Source of the DNA: an uncultured Staphylococcaceae bacterium | GTDB taxonomy: Bacteria; Bacillota_I; Bacilli_A; ML615J-28; CAG-313 | Assembly: GCA_964453965.1 (NCBI GenBank) | Contig: CAYVQA010000003.1 | Coordinates: 1 to 42,607 of the forward strand | DNA length: 42,607 nt | Reading direction: 5' to 3' | Shown: in pieces, positions 37,937 through 42,607 of the stretch | Layout: each line of letters begins with the position of its first letter | Position numbering within the stretch: position 1 is the stretch's first letter | Position numbers and translations under genes: made by a program | The notes under the pieces: model-generated | What the model was told of the DNA's origin: nothing | Seen by the model: only the letters and a program-made list of their open reading frames with translations | The model's database searches: none

Positions 37937-37965
37937 ATTATACACTTATTTTTTAAAAAAGCCAA
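37937..37965 (-). promoter_or_regulatory. candidate promoter of the P-II-like/antiporter operon
   Basis: On the minus strand: TTGGCT (37960-37965), 17 nt, TATAAT (37937-37942). It is about 30 nt upstream of the ATG and divergent from the upp promoter. Confidence 0.5.
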
Positions 37966-38052
37966 TAAAAATGAATTGTTTTATTTTTTTTATTTATTTA
38001 TTTTTTTTTGCTAGAAATTTTTGATCTTTTTTTATCATCATCGGCAATATCT

Positions 38053-38081
38053 TTGCATTTTTTTAAAAAAAGTGCTATAAT
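38053..38081 (+). promoter_or_regulatory. upp promoter
   Basis: TTGCAT (38053-38058), 17 nt, then extended -10 TGcTATAAT (hexamer 38076-38081). Confidence 0.6.
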
Positions 38082-38106
38082 GGGAAAAAAATTATCGAGG
38101 TATTCT

Positions 38107-38733
38107 ATGCAAAATGTAACTATTCTTTCTCATCCTTTAATCAAACACAAACTATCTATTATTCGTGATAAAAACACTTCTACTAAAGATTTCCGTAATT
38201 GTCTTGAAGAAATAGCTGGTTTAATGGCTTATGAAATTTCTCGCGACTTAGAAACTGTTGAAAAAGTGATTGAAACTCCTATTGCAAAAACAACTGCCCA
38301 AGTTCTCGCAAAAGACATTGTTATCGTTCCTATATTAAGAGCAGGTCTTGGTATGGTTGATGGTATTCAAAATTTAATTCCCACCGCAAAGGTTGGACAC
38401 ATTGGCTTGTATCGTGATGAAGAAACTTTGACACCAAAAGCTTATTATGCAAAATTCCCAAATGAAATTAAAACTGGCACTGTACTTTTAGTTGATCCAA
38501 TGCTTGCAACAGGCGGAAGTTTAATTAAGGCAATTGAAATTCTTAAAGAAAAAGGTGCTACTGATATAATTTATGCTGGTTTAGTTGGTGCTCCTGAAGG
38601 TATTAAAAAAGTTCATGAAGCTTATCCTGATATTAAAATTTTCTTAGCTGCCCTTGATGATCATTTAAATGAAAAGGGATATATTGTTCCTGGTCTTGGT
38701 GATTGTGGAGATAGAATCTTTGGGACAAAATAA
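38107..38733 (+). CDS. upp: uracil phosphoribosyltransferase
   Basis: [22 protein letters not shown]..., PRPP-binding loop [13 protein letters not shown]-terminal [20 protein letters not shown] lies 7 nt before ATG 38107. The ORF-track start at 38008 would run across the promoter. Confidence 0.95.
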   Translation: MQNVTILSHPLIKHKLSIIRDKNTSTKDFRNCLEEIAGLMAYEISRDLETVEKVIETPIAKTTAQVLAKDIVIVPILRAGLGMVDGIQNLIPTAKVGHIGLYRDEETLTPKAYYAKFPNEIKTGTVLLVDPMLATGGSLIKAIEILKEKGATDIIYAGLVGAPEGIKKVHEAYPDIKIFLAALDDHLNEKGYIVPGLGDCGDRIFGTK

Positions 38734-38796
38734 AATAATAGCTAAAATCTATCTAGCTATGTTTTGTCTTTATTAAAAATATATTTAAAATAAAAA

Positions 38797-38831
38797 GAGG
38801 AATTTGTTATTTTAAGACAAATTCCTTTTTA
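38797..38831. terminator. bidirectional rho-independent terminator
   Basis: AGGAATTTGT (38798-38807) pairs with ACAAATTCCT (17-26 of the 388xx block, i.e. 38817-38826). T-runs are present on both strands. A weaker AT-rich hairpin at 38738-38760 lies directly after upp. Confidence 0.6.
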
Positions 38832-39027
38832 AATTGTTCAAAAAAAATGCATAACTACAACTCATAATAGATACTTAAACCTCCACGAAGTTTATCCGAC
38901 ATCTCACAATAAATATTAAACCGCTTATTCAAAACTTCGCGACTATCAATGCCCATAAATTATACAATATTAAAATGCAAGTAAGATGTTTATTTTTTTC
39001 AAATATGTTAGAGGTTTTTATACATTA

Positions 39028-39057
39028 AAAATCCTAGTTAAAACTAACTAGGATTTT
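39028..39057. terminator. terminator of the rRNA methyltransferase/NUDIX/membrane-protein operon
   Basis: AAAATCCTAGTTA (39028-39040) pairs with TAACTAGGATTTT (39045-39057) around a 4-nt loop. It lies 5 nt from the stop at 39062. Confidence 0.65.
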
Positions 39058-39061
39058 GTGA

Positions 39062-39682
39062 CTATTTTTTTTCTTCAGATTCTATTTGTTTTGGCGATTC
39101 TTTTTTAGTCTTTTTCCCTTTTTTTTCTGGCAAATTATTAAACATTAATATTAATGCTAAAATTACAAAGCCAATTACGATAATTGCTAAAAAAACTGCT
39201 AAATCTTTATCACTTATGTTAACATTTGTAAAAACAAATGTACCAATAATAACTGCTAAAATATAAGTATATTTTGCACTACGGCGTGGTTTTTTTGCAT
39301 TTGATGAAGGATTATAATTTATTAATTTAATTAAACCTACAACACCTTCAAGACAAATAACAAGTCCAATAATATGACTTAATTTTAATGTTATAATTAA
39401 TAAATTTATTTGCATTTGTTGATTTACAATCGCAAGAATTCCTAATGCTAAAACTACAAATGCTTCAATTAAAAACCAAATTACCCATTCAGTTCCAGAA
39501 CTTCTAATTTTCGCAAATTTTGGACAAATGATTGTAATAAAGAAGATTATTAAAATTACACCAACAACAATTGATACGATTTTTGTTCCTATTGAAGGAA
39601 TAAATAATACAACCGCAAGTGCTGTTCCTAAAATAGCACAAATTAAATCAAAAATCCAATTTTTCTTAAATAATTTTGTCAT
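39062..39682 (-). CDS. integral membrane protein of unknown function (about 6 TM, Lys-rich tail)
   Basis: Hydrophobic segments run throughout, and the C-terminus is KKGKKTKKESPKQIESEEKK. The start codon abuts the NUDIX stop codon (39682/39683). Confidence 0.6.
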   Translation of the reverse strand: MTKLFKKNWIFDLICAILGTALAVVLFIPSIGTKIVSIVVGVILIIFFITIICPKFAKIRSSGTEWVIWFLIEAFVVLALGILAIVNQQMQINLLIITLKLSHIIGLVICLEGVVGLIKLINYNPSSNAKKPRRSAKYTYILAVIIGTFVFTNVNISDKDLAVFLAIIVIGFVILALILMFNNLPEKKGKKTKKESPKQIESEEKK

Positions 39683-40102
39683 TTAAAACACTCCTTTTTT
39701 TAATAAATATTTGTTTGCTTCTACTAAAATGTTTTTTTCATTATCGTGAGTTACCATTTTAAATGCTTCATGATATGGTAACCACTTATAATTCAAGACT
39801 TCCTCTTCTTGAACTTTTACTTTTTGATTAGATACTTCGCCGATAAAATAAACTACATCTTTGATAATTCCAATTTTTGGTGAATATGTAACTATCATTC
39901 GAAAATTTAAATCTAAATTAGGTTTAAGATTTGTTTCTTCATAAATTTCTCGTAAAGCTGTTTCTGTTTCAGTTTCATTATTTTCAACATGTCCTTTAGG
40001 ATATGACCAATGATGGCCTTTTTTAGAGCATATTAATAAATATTCAATTTTATCTAATTTTTTTCGATAAATAACCGCACCACATGACTTTTCTTGTTCC
40101 AT
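39683..40102 (-). CDS. NUDIX hydrolase (Ap4A-hydrolase-like)
   Basis: Nudix box GHVENNETETETALREIYEETNL (Gx5Ex7REUxEExGU), preceded by WSYPKG. 139 aa. Confidence 0.85.
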   Translation of the reverse strand: MEQEKSCGAVIYRKKLDKIEYLLICSKKGHHWSYPKGHVENNETETETALREIYEETNLKPNLDLNFRMIVTYSPKIGIIKDVVYFIGEVSNQKVKVQEEEVLNYKWLPYHEAFKMVTHDNEKNILVEANKYLLKKGVF

Positions 40103-40114
40103 AAATCACCTTTA

Positions 40115-41488
40115 TTATTTTAAATGTTTATTTACTAATAGTGTAATAGTTTCAACGTCTGCAGTTTGAGGAAACATATCTAAACATTGGACATTTAATA
40201 TATGATATTCTTTATTTAAATGATTACAGTTTTTAGCTAAAGTTGCTGGGTTACAAGAAACATATATTATTTTCTTGACTGGATTTTTTTGTAAATAATT
40301 AAGTAAACGAATATCAATTCCCATTCTTGGTGGATCGACGATTAAAACATCAGGGACCCAATTGTCTTTTTTAAATTTTTCAAGAAGATTTAAAATATCA
40401 CCACTATAATAACTTGCATTAGCTACATTGTTACGAACTAAATTTGCATTTGCATTGACAATTGCGGCTTTGTTATTATCAATTCCTCGTACTTCACTTA
40501 CATATTTCGAAACCCATAAGCCTATTGTTCCAACACCAGAATATGCATCTAATACTTTTTCAGTTCCATTAAATTTTGCACATTTAACAATATTATCATA
40601 TAAGACTTCTGTTTGTTTTAAATTTAATTGGAAGAAAGAATTAGGTAATAATTCAAATTCATAATCGCCTAATTTTTCGGTTATTGTATCACTACCACTA
40701 ACTTTGAAAATTTCTTCACCAAAATTTTCAAGCGAATCAGGATTGCTATTTATACTTACATATACACTTTCAACATTATTGATGCCTATTAAATTTTTTG
40801 CAATATCGATAGTTCGCTTATCTTTTTTGAATAAAATCAAAGTTATTTGAATTTTGCCATTATATGAACTACTTCTAACGACAATATGTCTTAAAACTCC
40901 TTCTTTACTTTTAGGATGATATGCAATTACTTGATTTTTAGTAAGCATATGGCAAATAGTTTTTAAAGTTTCACGAATATCTTCTTTTTCAATTAAACAT
41001 TCATCAATATATATTAAAATATTTGATTTGTCACCATAAAGACCTGTAACGATTTTTTCACCATCATAACGAACTGGATGTTTTACCTTATTACGATATC
41101 CATACGGGTTATCCATTCCAATTGTATCTTTGAAAATTTTTGGATTTAATTCTGTATTAAAATATCTTTTAAATGATTCCATTACAATATCTTTTTTATA
41201 TTTTAAAGTTGCTTGATAGTTAATATGTTGAAGTTGACAACCACCACATTTTTCATAAAATTTACAAATTGGCGTAATTCGATCTTTTGAAAGGTTCTTT
41301 TTTACTCTTATTAAATCCGCCTCCGCATATTTTTCATATACTTTGCTAATTTTAACAACGCATTCTTCGCCTGGTAAAGCATTTTTAACAAATACTGCTA
41401 GTTTCTTATAATAGCCTATTCCTTCACCATTAATTCCTATGCGTTTAATGGATAGTAATAATTCTTGATTTTTTATTAATTCATTCAT
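40115..41488 (-). CDS. RumA/RlmD-family 23S rRNA (uracil-C5)-methyltransferase, paralog 2
   Basis: TRAM-like N-terminus, CKFYEKCGGCQLQH cluster, DAYSGVGTIGL, VDPPRMG...YVSCNPATLAKN. Confidence 0.85.
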   Translation of the reverse strand: MNELIKNQELLLSIKRIGINGEGIGYYKKLAVFVKNALPGEECVVKISKVYEKYAEADLIRVKKNLSKDRITPICKFYEKCGGCQLQHINYQATLKYKKDIVMESFKRYFNTELNPKIFKDTIGMDNPYGYRNKVKHPVRYDGEKIVTGLYGDKSNILIYIDECLIEKEDIRETLKTICHMLTKNQVIAYHPKSKEGVLRHIVVRSSSYNGKIQITLILFKKDKRTIDIAKNLIGINNVESVYVSINSNPDSLENFGEEIFKVSGSDTITEKLGDYEFELLPNSFFQLNLKQTEVLYDNIVKCAKFNGTEKVLDAYSGVGTIGLWVSKYVSEVRGIDNNKAAIVNANANLVRNNVANASYYSGDILNLLEKFKKDNWVPDVLIVDPPRMGIDIRLLNYLQKNPVKKIIYVSCNPATLAKNCNHLNKEYHILNVQCLDMFPQTADVETITLLVNKHLK

Positions 41489-41595
41489 AATTTTATACCT
41501 TTACTTAAATTCTATATATTCTACCATATTTTTAATTTTTTTCAAACTAAATCGATAAAAAACATTTTTTATTTTCGAACTTTTTTGCAATCTAT

Positions 41596-41624
41596 TTGTG
41601 ATTAATTTAAAAAAGTGCTATAAT
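41596..41624 (+). promoter_or_regulatory. candidate promoter of the small zinc-ribbon gene
   Basis: TTGTGA (41596-41601), 17 nt, then extended -10 TGcTATAAT (hexamer 41619-41624). Confidence 0.5.
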
Positions 41625-41712
41625 AATTAGTGTCAATTGAGTCAATATTTTATAATCTTTTTCAACTTTATAAATAAACTTAATTATGATAATTTTTAAA
41701 GGAGGAAAAGTC

Positions 41713-41877
41713 ATGGAAAATAAAACTATTATTTGCAAAGATTGTGGTAAAGAATTTACTTTTACAGTTCGTGAACAAGAATTTTACGCTAGTAAAAATT
41801 TTGTAGAACCTGTAAGATGTAAAGAATGTCGAATTGCTAAAAAAGCTAAACAACAAGAAAATAACCACGCTGCATAA
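41713..41877 (+). CDS. small zinc-ribbon protein (54 aa, CxxC...CxxC)
   Basis: AAAGGAGGA at 41697-41705, then ATG 41713. MENKTIICKDCGKEFTFTVREQEFYASKNFVEPVRCKECR matches the widespread 'probable zinc-ribbon domain' small proteins. Confidence 0.7.
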   Translation: MENKTIICKDCGKEFTFTVREQEFYASKNFVEPVRCKECRIAKKAKQQENNHAA

Positions 41878-41890
41878 TTATCAATAAATA

Positions 41891-41922
41891 AATCTAGAAG
41901 AATTAATACTTCTAGGTTTTTT
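41891..41922 (+). terminator. rho-independent terminator of the zinc-ribbon gene
   Basis: CTAGAAG (41894-41900) pairs with CTTCTAG (41909-41915), followed by GTTTTTTATTTT. Confidence 0.6.
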
Positions 41923-41949
41923 ATTTTAATTTTTGGATAAAATATTGTA

Positions 41950-42607
41950 ATGAATAAAATATTTTCTTTTGTTAAAAAATTATTTAAACAATATTATTTG
42001 TTTATAAATAATTTACCTATTAATTTATTTTCTGCCGGTATTGCTTATTTTTTAACAATTATTTTTTTACCTTTTCAAGAATTAATTAAGCAAATTTTAT
42101 CTTTATTTTCTTTTATTGATTCTGCAGTTTATCAAGAAAAACTTTTTATTAACATTATTTATTTTATTAGTTTGATTTGGATCACATCTAAACTTTTAAA
42201 TATTGTTATTAAAATTATCAACCTTATTTTTAATAATTATCAAAATAGTTTAAAAATTAGAATTAAAGCTTTTTTTAAAATGATGGTTTTATTTTTAATT
42301 ATCACTTTAATTGTTTTTATTTTTGTAATTTGTAATGAATTAATTGATAATTTGGTTAATTTAAAAGATACAAAATTAAATTTTTTTCTTAATCTTATAA
42401 ATTTTATTTTTGAATATTTCTTTTATACAATTATTATCTTTTTAATTTATAAGAACATTATTCCAATTAAAATTGATAATAAATTGCTTTTTATTGTATC
42501 ATCAATTATGATGATAACTTCAAAATTATTATTATTATTATTTAAAGTAAAGTTATTTGAAGACCATATTAGTTTTTATTATTTAAAAAGTTTTATCGTT
42601 TTATATC
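41950..42607 (+). CDS. YihY/BrkB-family membrane protein, 5' part (open to the window edge); not in the ORF track
   Basis: I translated by hand from ATG 41950. 219 codons run without a stop to position 42607. FSAGIAYFLTIIFLPF and LIYKNIIPIKIDNKLLF resemble the YihY family motifs. There are multiple TM segments. Confidence 0.55.
   Translation, partial: MNKIFSFVKKLFKQYYLFINNLPINLFSAGIAYFLTIIFLPFQELIKQILSLFSFIDSAVYQEKLFINIIYFISLIWITSKLLNIVIKIINLIFNNYQNSLKIRIKAFFKMMVLFLIITLIVFIFVICNELIDNLVNLKDTKLNFFLNLINFIFEYFFYTIIIFLIYKNIIPIKIDNKLLFIVSSIMMITSKLLLLLFKVKLFEDHISFYYLKSFIVLY

Noticed and set aside
38008-38106. N-terminal 33-codon extension of upp given by the ORF track.
   Set aside because: The extension would be translated across the upp promoter itself (TTGCAT-17-TGcTATAAT at 38053-38081). 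Canonical Upp starts at [10 protein letters not shown], with GAGG 7 nt upstream.
38855-38956. 33-aa minus-strand ORF (MGIDSREVLNKRFNIYCEMSDKLRGGLSIYYEL) in the G+C-richer spacer.
   Set aside because: There is no RBS, and its ATG lies only 2 nt after the only plausible -10 element. It uses three CGN Arg codons, which seem atypical for this AT-rich genome. The G/C positions coincide with a potential RNA stem, so an RNA explanation is preferred (see finding).
41686-41712. Upstream start of the small zinc-ribbon ORF (MIIFKGGKV...).
   Set aside because: The extension reads through the AAAGGAGGA Shine-Dalgarno, which serves the ATG at 41713.
1122-41868. ORF-track entries nested in or antisense to longer genes: 1122-1397, 1608-1805, 2637-2864, 3138-3401, 4953-5246, 9362-9571, 13372-13833, 14578-14775, 17570-17755, 19631-19855, 21628-21834, 22691-22939, 24040-24234, 26164-26397, 27466-27657, 27650-27883, 30092-30292, 31649-31879, 32768-32971, 34367-34618, 37003-37323, 40428-40664 and 41680-41868.
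   Set aside because: Each lies almost entirely within a much longer ORF that has clear family motifs. Their translations are L/F/I/Q/H-rich low-complexity strings typical of off-frame or antisense reading of AT-rich genes, and none has a convincing Shine-Dalgarno.
1-42607. Search by eye for tRNA/rRNA genes, CRISPR arrays, IS elements, integrases, or direct repeats flanking the accessory blocks.
   Set aside because: I saw no T-arm-like GGTTCGAATCC motifs, no regularly spaced repeats outside coding repeats, and no transposase- or recombinase-like ORFs. A computational scan (tRNAscan-SE, Infernal, ISEScan) is needed to be certain.

Overview
This is a visibly very AT-rich bacterial chromosome segment (GC not computed). 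It uses the standard genetic code: ORFs of more than 1000 codons contain no in-frame TGA and Trp is TGG, so it is not a code-4 Mycoplasma-type genome. Gene content and synteny point to a low-GC, cell-walled Bacillota lineage, possibly Erysipelotrichia or Mollicutes-related; this is inference only. The supporting genes are yrrM-yrrN-yrrO, greA, mtnN, priA-fmt, yhaM, ychF, a class A PBP, a YjcZ-type micro-protein and several lipoproteins. There are about 38 genes, nearly all on the minus strand. Housekeeping blocks are ychF-cca-yhaM; the PBP; priA-fmt-yutG-like-RumA-type methyltransferase; trmR-yrrN-yrrO, greA and mtnN; upp; and a second RumA-type methyltransferase with a NUDIX hydrolase and a membrane protein. 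Five blocks are poorly characterised: (i) two tandem giant PrsA/SurA-like exported paralogs; (ii) a LacI repressor followed by a promoter with a perfect palindromic operator, driving a fused-esterase lipoprotein and a 1007-aa repeat lipoprotein; (iii) a GNAT-fusion protein and a zinc-ribbon/LRR protein co-transcribed with that LacI gene; (iv) an NprR-sized XRE-TPR regulator next to a cytoplasmic protein of about 22 Sel1 repeats; (v) an operon of a P-II-like protein, a CPA2 antiporter, a guanylate-kinase-like protein and a YgjP-type metallohydrolase. The most striking sequence-level observation is a PriA in which every helicase/ATPase motif looks degenerate. I recognised no tRNA, rRNA, CRISPR array, transposase or integrase. 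I cannot single out one clearly novel system, so candidates are ranked in the findings.
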